A stretch of DNA of 64,000 nucleotides, taken from Gordius albopunctatus. Its lineage: Eukaryota. Below the pieces are notes generated by a model, which saw nothing but the letters and a program-made list of their open reading frames with translations, was not told the origin of the DNA and did not search any database. How positions within the stretch are numbered: the first letter of the stretch is position 1; each line of letters begins with the position of its first letter. The position numbers were made by a program, and so were the translations under genes. The stretch is taken from NCBI GenBank assembly GCA_964276515.1, contig OZ193909.1, positions 14,074,001 through 14,138,000 on the forward strand. The letters are read 5' to 3'. This document shows positions 14,432-25,049 of the stretch, piece by piece.

Positions 14432-16368
14432 TGAAAAGTCCCCTATTTAAATATGAAAGTTCTAATTGCTTTCGGATAATTTTCTATAGATTTAATGAAA
14501 TGAACCTCATGTTTGCGGATGATTTAAATATACAAAAAAATGATGGAGCGGCATAGATCATCTTATATTTCTTAATCATTTAAAACAATGTATATACAAA
14601 CTAGAATGTGTTAAAACGTTTGTAATTCGGTCAATGTATATATTCTTGCCGGATTAGCAATTTTAAAGGACAATTTTTGAGTTCATCCTTCCCTTCTTCG
14701 AAATAATACGAGTTAAGTTCAATATTTCTACTATCTCAATTTGAACATGTTTAAGTTCTTTTTATAAATTAATATACAAAAATGTATATTTAATACTCGT
14801 AATGTGCTTAAATTATATTTTTCAAGAAAATTTTTTGTGTTTTTTTTAAATTAAGAATGGCTCTTTGTTTTAAAGTTACTATCTAAATTAGGCATATTTA
14901 TAATTAAGTTAAAAATATCTTCTGAACCAAACTATGCAAAGGAAATTATTTTAAACCCGACCCCAATCCAGCCAGAAACTGCTCATTTTCTCAATCCGAC
15001 TTATAATTATGACCATTGTCTGTCCTGGCCGCTAGAAAACTCTATTTTAGCACATAAAGCTCAGTTGAAAAAATCGTCTATAATTTTAAAATACCAAACA
15101 ATAAGTAAATTTATTTTAATTCTAAAAAAATTAAATGATTCCCATTTGAATAATAGAATAAAAAAATAGATAATTTATAAAATCGAGGGGTCATCGTTAC
15201 AAATTTCAATAGAATCTCGGGTCAAGTTTTAAATGGGTTCACTTGAGAAGCTAAATTATTTAAACGAGTGTTATTGATTTGACCCAATTAATTAATAAGA
15301 TGTGAAGACTTTGGCTATACTTAATTTAAGCCATGGTTTAATTGATATATAATGATGCCATAATCCATACACAAATGGATGTAAATTAATATAATATTGA
15401 TTTTCTAAGGATGTTTTTAAGTTTGAAAGCAGGAATTAAACAATTTCAAATTAATTCGTAGCCCTTACATCTTTATTTTTTAAATATCAATTAGTTTCTT
15501 TGATATCTAGTTACTGGAAATTAGCTCTTTCAACTCGTTCCTTTCACAGCTCTACTCACTTATCAAGTTTTACATGGCGGTCAAAATTTGCCACATTTTT
15601 TGAGAGACTTAACAGATTTTAGGATTTTCTAAACACGATTATAAGTTCAAATATAATGGCATAGTTAATACAATCTTTACCTTAGTTTTATTTATCGTTT
15701 TTTAACAAAATTTATCACATTGTTTATAAAATTACCGATAAAAGTTGGAAGATAGAGATGGTCTTAATAATTATCCAACCGTAGGGAGCACTTAATTTTT
15801 TTATGCCCTGTAATATGATTTTAAAGTATTTCAACATAAGCTGGTATAAATTTTCTTATATAGAGCAAATCAAAGATATAAATATTATTAGCATAAATAG
15901 TTATCGAATTCGTAATCAAAGTATTTATTTTAATTTCATTATTTCAATAGGACATTTGCTATATTTTATACACATCTAAGCTAAACCGACGACAAAGCTC
16001 CTGGTATTAGAAACCGGCAGAATAAAACTTCTTAGACTCGAGACCGACCTGAGCCAAACATCTTAATTTTTAATTTGTCAGAGCTTGACCCGAGCCGGGT
16101 ATGTTTTTTTAATTTTGGCCGGCTTGAGCCCAATCCCGGCTCGATTTATTTTAATAAATGCTTATTTGATGAGCCTGAGAATAGGTTTTAAACTTTATTT
16201 TCAATCTCTAAGTGATAAGACGGTCAAGTTATTTTGTTTTATACGTTTTGACGTTTAATAAAAGGTCAATCAAAAGCAATCTCATGACGTCATACAGGGA
16301 TATTGTAAAATGCCACAATTGACGTCATAGATGTACACTGTAAAATGCGACAATGTAAATAATCTAAT

Positions 16369-16528
16369 CATGGGGCATTGGGATTAGAGGGGGGCAATAA
16401 TGACTTAGGGAGGATCAAAATAATCATTTTTTCAGATTTTAGCCATTATTTTAATAAATTGTAACAAATTTTTGTGTTTAGAGGGGGGCAGCCGCTTCTC
16501 CCTGCCTCCCCCCTTGGCTACGCCCATG
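16369..16528. mobile_element. hAT-type MITE (CATGGGCGTAGCC family)
   Basis: Termini catggg... / ggctacgcccatg. Perfect 8-bp TSD aatctaat (16361-16368, 16529-16536). Confidence 0.85.
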
Positions 16529-16530
16529 AA

Positions 16531-17486
16531 TCTAATATATAAAAAGGTTGAAGTATTACTTATAAAAAAACCATATAGCATGGGCGTAGTCTGCATGAGA
16601 ATTCGATAGTTTAATGTTTTTCACCTTTAAGTAATTCAATTTGATATATTAAATATGTTATATTTATAGATAACACTGCCAGCTAAAGGCAAAAGGAATA
16701 ATTTTGGTCGTCATACGAAACAAAATGCAGTCACGATAAATATAAGAGCACAAAGAACAGACGAACAAATCCTAAAAACAATGCACATATGCGTGTGAAC
16801 ATGGCCCAAATACGTTAATCACAATTTTAGAGGCACGAGATGAACGAAATAAACAAAGACGATCAAAAAAACAAGCCCGCCGATTTGTAATCAACACACG
16901 TAGAGCAAATGACCAACAACGCCAAAAAGTACATCGAGCATTTAAGTCCTTATGATTTCCACATATGTGCCGATTGAATTCAAACGCATTAAATTTGCAA
17001 TTAGATTGGCATTCGCAATAACAATCAATAAGGCGCAAGGTCAAACGATGTCTATTTGTAGCTTAGATTTTGCCACACCATGCTTTTCTCACGAACTGCT
17101 ATATGTGACATGTTTTCGCGTAGGTAAACCATCCAGTTTGTTTGTGTTGATAGACGGACTACTCAAAAAAATAATATATACTTTATCGAACTTAGAGATT
17201 GGTGATGAATTATTTTTAATCGTCATATTTTGATGTATATATATCAAAAATTATTTAATAAAGTATAAAGGATGAAATTAATAAATGATAAGTGTATTGT
17301 CATTTTATAAGCCAACATTGTCACGACGCTCCGTTCTTATTTCAAACATAACCACATACCCATACACTTATAGTATTTTTTAGAAATAATCTCACCCAAA
17401 TTCTTTCATATATTTCCTATTGATAGGTACCAATTATTTAGCCAAATAAGAACTAAGCCTAAGCAACGCTTGGCAGGGCACAGCTA
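16531..17486 (+). mobile_element. Internally deleted Helitron: Rep-Hel N-terminal remnant joined to the PIF1 helicase C-terminus
   Basis: ORF 16952-17233 (FKRIKFAIRLAFAITINKAQGQT...CFSHELLYVTCFRV) matches Helitron helicase motifs V-VI. The upstream remnant reads ARRFVINTRRANDQQRQKVHRAF. 5' end TCtaatatataaaa; 3' end aagcaacgcttggcagggcacagcta (degenerate hairpin plus CTAG). Confidence 0.85.
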
Positions 17487-18293
17487 TATATATATATATA
17501 TTACTATAGAATAAATTTGATTGTTATTATACATAGTTTAAAACGACGATAATTTTGAATAAGAAATTATATTATTCTTGCTTAATTCATTCAATTAATA
17601 ACCTTAACGCCATAAACTAACTTTATAAAAATAAATTCTTTTAGAGAAGTTCTAATAGCTACAATAAATATATAAAAATACTTTGATCACAAATTTTATA
17701 GACAGGAGGAGCGGTTGGAGTTCGAGAGCTAAATTATGTAGACCTTATGAACAACTTTATTATATATCGAGTTAGGTTTATTAAATCATATTTTATAAAT
17801 GGTTAGTTTCCTTGAATTTAATTTGGGCTCAAGCCTCGGGTCGGGCTGCCCCATCAGGACTAACCCGACCCCAAGGCCCGGTTATTTTATTAAATTTTGC
17901 CAAGCCAACCCCGATACTCTGTCGGGCTGGGCCAGGCTCATGTCGGACTTCAGGGGGCCCGTGCAGGGCTATACCTAATATGGAAATTAGGTTAAATTCA
18001 ACGATTTCCATTTTTCGCTCAAGAAAAATTATATTAATATATTTCCCACAATTATTTAAACCTTAAAAAATTGGAAATTTTTTAGTTTAAAGAATGACAA
18101 GTATTCTATGCATTAATAACAAAATTTGATTTTACAATTAGCAATTAAATATTTAGTAATTTTTTATCTTAAAACAGTTAATATTAAAGTCACAAACGAC
18201 CATTTTAAGTCCATTATAGCTATTCCTACAAATTTAGTTGCATTTGATAAAAGCTTCAAAATTTTTAAATACCGTTTAAAAAATTATTAATTA

Positions 18294-18836
18294 AACTCGG
18301 GCCTTCGGCCCTCGTTGGAAGGGGGAGGGGGAAAGGGAAGGGGGAAGGGAAGGGGGGAAGGGAAGCGGGAACGAAACTCATCTATACTCCGTATAAACGC
18401 AGCATATTTGTTATGCAATTTATGGGCCAGAAAGGGGGGAAGGGGCGAGAATGTCTATAGGGGGGGTATTAAATGAAAAATAATTGGACTGACGAGCATA
18501 GGGTAAATATCAATGGTAACCATTTAAAAACGAAAATAAAATTAAAATTTCGAATCACATTTTGGCCAATGGTTATTTTCTCCATTGGTCAGTAGCCAGG
18601 GCCCGGGCAAAAAGTCATATTATCGATGGTATTAACAAAAACAATATATTAATTTAATTAAAAAAATTGTTTGCTCTCTCCGGGATTCGAATTCGAACCC
18701 ACATTAATAGAGGCATAGGCTTTTGTAATGGCATGTTAACCTAATATACCAATTCAAAAACCAGCAAGTCAGAACGTTGGAGGACGGACGGACAACGGAC
18801 AACAAAAAGCGAGCCCATAAATTGCATACCAATTAA
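18294..18836 (-). mobile_element. DINE-1/HINE-like element, short diverged copy
   Basis: Reverse complement of the family: hairpin at ~18299-18311, subTIR at ~18407-18426, GGAC repeats, and the 5' subTIR cccataaattgcatacca at ~18814-18831. Confidence 0.75.
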
Positions 18837-19463
18837 AAGAGACGATTTTTGCATCACTATCTTAGATCAGGATAATTTTTGGCGAGGGTGTAGGTCTCAT
18901 TTATTAGATCTATTTTGGGCCAATACTCTTTAAATTATGGAGGTTTTAAGGGAAGAAATCACGTTCGCAAGCGTTTTATGGATTTAACTATTATTGATAA
19001 TAAAATCGTTATTCACTCAAATTTGGTGAATTTTGTTCCTAAAAAATTCTCTATCGAAATAATTGAATTAAAAACCTCAAACATTTGCGGTCATTTTTAC
19101 CCTTTTAATGAATGAAAAATTTTATTTCCCCTAAAAATATTTATAGTTGGTGGTATAAACAAAATTAATTATCACTAGAACATATTATTATGTTTGTTTA
19201 TTATCAAATTGCAAATTTCTAATAAAGAATATATGGTAAATATATAATATTGGATTAAAAATAAACCTAAATTTTCAACTTTTTTTCTGCGCAATGGGCA
19301 ATTATCAGAATTTATTAGCATATAGAAGAATAGATAAGTAAATAAAGGATTCATATAATAAGGCTCAGCTATTTATTTGCCTTAACATAAAGATTAAACA
19401 TAAATTTGTAATTTACATATGAATATCATAGATATTGGTATTAAGATAATTATATAAAATAAC

Positions 19464-19605
19464 CTCCTCCATTGGTGTAACAAATGTATGGAAATCTCCA
19501 AATATTTCCTAACCCAATGGCAAATCCTATGCAAGAAATGATAAAATCTAATTTTCCAATCCAATTTCCTCTTTCAGAAACTTTATCCAAGCTGATTTTA
19601 GACAT
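19464..19605 (-). pseudogene. First coding exon of an SLC6 (sodium:neurotransmitter symporter) gene; no further exons recognised
   Basis: Translates [47 protein letters not shown](G), the SLC6 TM1 signature, and ends at a GT donor. It is below the ORF-track length cutoff. Pseudogene status is inferred. Confidence 0.75.
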
Positions 19606-19755
19606 TTTATATAAATTATTTTGGCCTAGTTTGTAAAGAACTTATGTGGAATGTTGAATAATTCTGAATAGCAATTATACTCTTCTATTCCCCCTCACTT
19701 CAGGCAAATACACTTAGAGCGACAAGTCAGCGGTGGATCACTCCCCAGCGATTCG

Positions 19756-20391
19756 ATGACGTCCCCTGACAAATCCTCAACTGGCGCTACTGTTAGCAGC
19801 GATGCACTAGGATCAGAATCTATGGTTAAATTAATTCTGGATCGGCTAGCTGCAATGGACGCCAAAATTGAACGGAATTTGCTCGGACATAGCGAGGAAA
19901 CAATCGCGGTCAACGAAAATCCGCCACATTGGGCACCCACGACGGTCCCGGAAACAGTCACACTGACTAGGACCGAGTTAGATGCGCTCTTAGCAAGGGA
20001 GAGAGCGCGGGCTTCCCCAAACCTACCAAGTTCCAACGCAGAAATCCTAAAATTACGATTGAAGGGCCTTCGCGAAGCAATCGAAACTAACTATTCCATG
20101 CCGGCCTATCAAAAACACGAGGCTGATTTTCTTCTTAGCCTCGGAGAAACGATCGATGATTACAATAAAACCATCGACAAATTTTCCGATAAAGTCAGGA
20201 GATTGGCTATGGCTCCGTACTATGGCTGGCAAGCCGTAACAGGAAAATCTAAGGATTGGGCGGAGAAAATGGGAATGGGCCAATACACTGAACCGGTCCA
20301 GCTTTTTCGTCCGCCTGATTCGCGACATGCTTCACGGAAGAAAGGCTCTCAGTCGAAAGGGCCGCCTCCGCCCAGGGCGGAGAGAACGTAA
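19756..20391 (+). CDS. ORF1, gag/capsid-like (211 aa; probably missing its N-terminal extension)
   Basis: Lies upstream of pol and overlaps it by 65 nt. Helical core with a basic, Pro-rich C-terminus (RHASRKKGSQSKGPPPPRAERT). Conserved in unit 2. The gag role is inferred from position only. Confidence 0.65.
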   Translation: MTSPDKSSTGATVSSDALGSESMVKLILDRLAAMDAKIERNLLGHSEETIAVNENPPHWAPTTVPETVTLTRTELDALLARERARASPNLPSSNAEILKLRLKGLREAIETNYSMPAYQKHEADFLLSLGETIDDYNKTIDKFSDKVRRLAMAPYYGWQAVTGKSKDWAEKMGMGQYTEPVQLFRPPDSRHASRKKGSQSKGPPPPRAERT

Positions 20392-22237
20392 ATATGTAAG
20401 GACGGTAGCAGCGACCCTCGGCAGTGGTGATAACCCGCCGAGATCGGTTAGGAATGGAAATGCTCCAACATGGCTCGTTAATTATTCTGACATTGCCAGG
20501 AGCATCGCTATCAACTCCATTTCTCCCGATGATGCCCCGGAGTTGGAGGAGTTGCCACACCCCTTCAACGCACTGCTACCTGAGCATACAAATGTGCCGG
20601 GGCACCTCAACGCACAATGGACGGAGGTGGGTCTGGATAGCGAAGGCCCACCTATCATAAGCGAACCGTCCAACATCCCCTCATTCCCCTCCCATCCATT
20701 ATCCTCATTCACACGGTTCGAACATCCATTATCCATCAGAACCACCATTCTTAAGCCACATCATCTCCAGAGCGACTTTACGAAAAGAATCGCCAGGTTT
20801 GGATTCAAGCCTAGACTGTCTCGTAAGGCTATCGTCGAAAATCAAGGGAGATATCACGTGCCCAGATATGTCAAAGCCATCCCGAAAATCCATAAACCTC
20901 TGGTTGATGAAATTATTCTCTCAAATATCGTTCGGGAAAACCCAGGTACTATACCTTCCCCTATGTACTTTATTCCGAAAAGTGACGGATCCCCACGACT
21001 TATAGCGGATTTATGTCAAATCTCAAAAAACTTCGTGAAATACCCCTTTTCTCTTAAATCAATTCCGTTGATTGCCTCCTCATTATCGGATGCAAAGTAC
21101 ATGACTAAAATAGACATGAAAGCCGCATTTTTCTCAATCCCACTTTCTCCGGAATCATCCAAATTCTTTGGATTCCGATATAGACGGCGAAAGTATGCAT
21201 ACAAGGTACTGCCCATGGGGGCTAGTTTTTCACCATATGTTTTACAGCAAGTAATGCTAGACTTGTGTAGCAAGGCCATCACGAAATCCAAATACAAAGT
21301 ATATCTAGATGATATCCTAATATACGGCGCATCCGCAACGATGGTTCTGGCCGATATAAGGAGATTCCTTTATTTAGCCAAATGCTGGAACCTCACAATA
21401 AACCGAAACAAATCATCACTTATTCCCAGAACTATTTTGGATTACTTGGGTATCAATGTTAACCTGGAGCAGAAGACTCTCAAAGTGAATAACAAGTTTA
21501 TCAATAAAATTGACGCGGCAACTCAAATCCTGAACCATTTTCTTACTAAGAAGAAAATCCCTCACCCATTGGTCACACAAACCTGCCTGGGAATCTTGAC
21601 ACATTATGTGTACATGCTCATAGGTTGGACTAAGTTCATATCGCCTGCTTACAATCTGCTCCTGTCCGCCAATCCCATAGAATTCAGGACGGACTGGTTG
21701 GTTCGCAAACTACTTCTTTTGCAAAAACATCTATCCATTCCCTTCCACATGAGGCATGAGACCAATGGTTTTACCGCAGGAGACGCGTCGCTTTCACACA
21801 TTGGCATATTTTTTAGAGGCTCCGTCCTATCAATTGCCAAGAGTGATGCACTAGCTATCTTCGGTGTCCATGATCTCATACCCACGATCAACCTCCTGGA
21901 GCTAGTTGCCATCCCGCTAGCCTTCATCAAAGCGGCCGTTGACTCCCCGCATAGCTGTCCCAAGATCCTTACCGACTCACGAACAGCCTTTTACATTGTC
22001 AAGAAGGGTAGTGCCCATGCTCCGCATATAGAATACGCATTCACCAAGATCTGTGACGTCATGGGTCTGGATAACATGATAAAAATCAAACAAAATCTGG
22101 AATGGGTACCCACCGACAAAAATACTGCCGATGGTCCGTCTCGAGAGCCGTATTTCGATGACTTCCAACTGGGACAAATTGTTAGATGGACCCGCTCGAA
22201 CTGTACCACACACGTAGAACAACACACAGTTTGCTAA
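20327..22237 (+). CDS. ORF2, reverse transcriptase + RNase H (636 aa), DIRS/hepadnavirus-like
   Basis: RT motifs RLIADLCQIS, IDMKAAFFSIPL, KVLPMGASFSP, YLDD and DYLG. RNase H motifs GDASLSHIG, INLLELVAI, LTDS and WVPTDKNTADGPSR. Confidence 0.92.
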   Translation: MLHGRKALSRKGRLRPGRRERKYVRTVAATLGSGDNPPRSVRNGNAPTWLVNYSDIARSIAINSISPDDAPELEELPHPFNALLPEHTNVPGHLNAQWTEVGLDSEGPPIISEPSNIPSFPSHPLSSFTRFEHPLSIRTTILKPHHLQSDFTKRIARFGFKPRLSRKAIVENQGRYHVPRYVKAIPKIHKPLVDEIILSNIVRENPGTIPSPMYFIPKSDGSPRLIADLCQISKNFVKYPFSLKSIPLIASSLSDAKYMTKIDMKAAFFSIPLSPESSKFFGFRYRRRKYAYKVLPMGASFSPYVLQQVMLDLCSKAITKSKYKVYLDDILIYGASATMVLADIRRFLYLAKCWNLTINRNKSSLIPRTILDYLGINVNLEQKTLKVNNKFINKIDAATQILNHFLTKKKIPHPLVTQTCLGILTHYVYMLIGWTKFISPAYNLLLSANPIEFRTDWLVRKLLLLQKHLSIPFHMRHETNGFTAGDASLSHIGIFFRGSVLSIAKSDALAIFGVHDLIPTINLLELVAIPLAFIKAAVDSPHSCPKILTDSRTAFYIVKKGSAHAPHIEYAFTKICDVMGLDNMIKIKQNLEWVPTDKNTADGPSREPYFDDFQLGQIVRWTRSNCTTHVEQHTVC

Positions 22238-22387
22238 ACGCTAAAACCGTAAAAGAGTTTAAGAATTACACTACAATTCATGACCCACTTTTTACTCTTC
22301 ATCGTTTCCCTCCTCGTGTCTTACTTAACCCTTGACCCTCGTTGGTTTGGTAAATTTTTTGTGTTTTATCCCTGGTCTTCTTGCTTT

Positions 22388-24991
22388 ATGCCAAGGAGAA
22401 CGTCGTCAAGAAAGAATATTTCGGACACGACCCCCCTTAACAAATATTTTTCCAAATCAACCTCGCTTAGTAAGATTAACTCATCCCTCCCTAACGAGTC
22501 GATGACATCCCCAGACAAATCGTCAACTGGAGCAACAATTAGCAGTGACGCATTAGGATCGGAACCCATGATCAAATTAATTCTGGATCGGCTAACTGCT
22601 ATGGATGCAAAAATTGAGCGAAATTTTCTCGGGCACAGTGAGGAAACGATCGCGGGCAACGAAACCCCAACACTGTGGGCCCCCGCAACGGTCCCGGAGA
22701 CCTTTACGATGACTAGAACCGAATTAAATGCACTCTTAGCAAGGGAAAGAGTGCGGGGTTCTCCAAACTTACCAAGTTCCAATGTTGAGACACTCAAGCT
22801 ATGTCTCAAAGGACTACGCGAAGCTATCGAAACCAATTATACTATGCCGGCCTATCAAAAGCACGAGGCTGAGTTCCTCCTTTCCCTTGGGGAATCTATA
22901 AATGATTACAACAGAACCATCGACAAATTCTCTGATAGGGTCAGAACACTGGCCATGGCCTCTTATTACGGCTGGCAAGCAGTAACGGGCAAGTCAAAAG
23001 ACTGGGCGGAGAAAATGGGTATGGGCCCATACACATACCGGTCCAGCTTTTTCGTCCGCCTGATAGACGACATGGTCCACGGAAGAGAGGCTCTCAGTCA
23101 AAAGGGCCGCCTCCGCCTCGGGCCGAGAGAACGTAAATATGTAAGGACGGTAGCGGCGACCCTCGGCAGCGGTGATAACCCGCCGAGATCGGTGAGGAAT
23201 GAAAATGCACCAACATGGCTTATTAATTATTCTGCCATCGCCAGGAGCATCGCTATCAATTCCATTTCTCCCGATGATGGCCCGGAGCTGGAAGAGTTGC
23301 CACACCCTTTCAGCGCGTCGCTACCTGAACATACAAATGTGCCGGGGCACCTAGATTCATTATGGACGGAGGTGGGTCTGGATAGCGAAGGCCCACCTAT
23401 CATTAGCGAACCGTCCAACATTCCCTCATTCCCCTCCCACCCCCTATCCTCATTCACTCATTTCGATCGCCCCTTATCGATCAGGACGACCATTCTCAAA
23501 CCTCATCGTCTTCAAAGCAACTTCACCCGGAGGATTGCTAGAAATGGTTTCAAGCCTAAGATCTCACGTAGAGCTATCATCGATAACCAAGGGAAGTATC
23601 ATGTGCCGAGATATGTCAAGGCTATTCCTAGAGACCATAAACCACTCGTCGATGAAATCATATTGTCCAACGTGGTACGGGAAAACTCGGAAACCATACC
23701 ATCCCCAATGTATTTTATTCCGAAAAGTGATGGTTCTCCCCGGTTTATTGCTGATTTATCCCAAATTTCAAAGAACTTCATCAAATACCCTTTTTCTCTC
23801 AAGTCGATCCCCCTTATTGCCTCTTCATTATCCGATGCCAGGTATATGACGAAAATAGATATGAAAGCAGCATTCTTTTCAATTCCGTTGGCCCCCGAGT
23901 CCTCGAAATTCTTTGGCTTTCGCTACAGACGGCGCAAGTATTCTTACAAGGTATTGCCCATGGGGGCTAGTTTCTCACCCTACGTATTACAGCAAGTTAT
24001 GTTAGACTTGTGCAGCAAGGCGGTTACAAAATCCAAATACAACGTATATTTGGATGACATCCTAATCTATGGCCCCTCAGCAACAATGGTTCTAGCGGAC
24101 ACAAGAAGGTTCCTTTACCTGGCTAAGTGTTGGAACTTAACGATAAACCGAAACAAATCCTCACTCATCCCTCGGACCATTCTAGATTACCTCGGTATTA
24201 ATGTCAACCTGGAGCAGCAGTCACTAATGGTTAATCAAAAATTCGTCAGAAAAATCGACGCAGCCACCCAAATTCTGAATCATTTCCTGACGGAGAAAAA
24301 GACTCCCCATCCTCTGGTCACGCAGAAATGCCTGGGTATCTTAACACACTATGTGTACATGCTAACCAGTTGGTCCAAATTTGTCTCCCCAGCCTACAAC
24401 ATCCTACTATCCGCCAACCCGATAGAGTTTCGAACCGACTGGCTAGTCCGTAAGCTCCTACTCATCCAGAAACACTTATCCTCCCCCTTCCGTATGAAGC
24501 ATGAGACCAATGGATTCACCGCGGGAGACGCGTCGCTGTCACACATTGGGCTATTCTATAGGGGCTCCGTCCTATCAATATCCAAAGGTGATACGCTAGC
24601 TATCTTCGGTGTCCATGATCTCATACCCACTATCAACCTCCTGGAACTAGTAGCCATCCCACTAGCTTTCATCAAGGCGGCCGTCAACACACCACACACC
24701 TGTTTCAAGATTTTGACTGACTCCCGCACAGCCTTTTACATAGTTAAGAAAGGGAGCGCCCACGCTCCGCATCTGGAATAGGCGTTCACCAAGATATGCC
24801 ATATCATGGGCCTCGACAACATCATCAAGATAAAGCAGAACCTGGAATGGGTACCGACCGACAGGAACCCCGCGGATGGTCGGGAACTTTTCTACGACGA
24901 CTTCCAACTGGGACGAATAATCCATTGGACCCGCTCGAACTCTACCACACGCGCAGAACAACACACGCTTTGCCAAACTCAAAGACCGTAA
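22388..24991 (+). pseudogene. Disabled ORF1/pol of unit 2
   Basis: Relative to unit 1: a 1-bp deletion near 23035 fuses ORF1 to the pol frame (the 833-aa ORF), a TAC>TAG stop at 24779-24781 interrupts RNase H, and 6 bp are lost in the ADGPSR motif. Confidence 0.8.
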
Positions 24992-25049
24992 AAGAGTCTA
25001 AGAATTACACTATAATTCATGACCCCCTTTTCCACTCTTCATCGTTTCC

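Larger units (their letters stand above)
16008..17973. mobile_element. Degraded hAT-like non-autonomous element hosting a Helitron and a MITE
   Basis: GAGCC/GGCCC-rich subterminal blocks at 16010-16145 and 17825-17970. Termini tagaaaccggca / tgcagggctata resemble the other hAT TIRs. Imperfect 8-bp flanks cctggtat / cctaatat. Confidence 0.5.
19690..22357 (+). mobile_element. RT-RNase H retroelement, unit 1 (5'-truncated; pol ORF intact)
   Basis: GC-richer than the flanks and collinear with unit 2 at a period of about 2746 bp (ATG 19756 vs 22502). It ends in a variant of the 48-bp repeat. The 5' boundary is approximate. Confidence 0.85.

Noticed and set aside
20424..20660. Third overlapping ORF (envelope- or X-like)
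   Set aside because: The homologous frame in unit 2 stops within about 9 codons, and there are no transmembrane features.
22305..22360. 48-bp repeat as an HDV/hammerhead ribozyme or spliced-leader RNA
   Set aside because: The CUCCUCG-like loop lacks P3/P1 partners and there is no CUGANGA/GAAA core. GGTAAATTT resembles a donor/Sm site, but downstream sequence is not conserved among the copies.
22280..22387. Hydrophobic 36-aa leader in frame with ORF1 of unit 2 (precore/signal-peptide-like)
   Set aside because: It is read across the unit 1/unit 2 junction. The homologous ATG at the end of unit 2 gives a different short peptide that stops early, so it is probably coincidental.
22280..24781. 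833-aa natural Gag-Pol fusion
   Set aside because: The fusion results from a 1-bp deletion relative to unit 1, in a copy that also has a premature stop. It is best read as decay.
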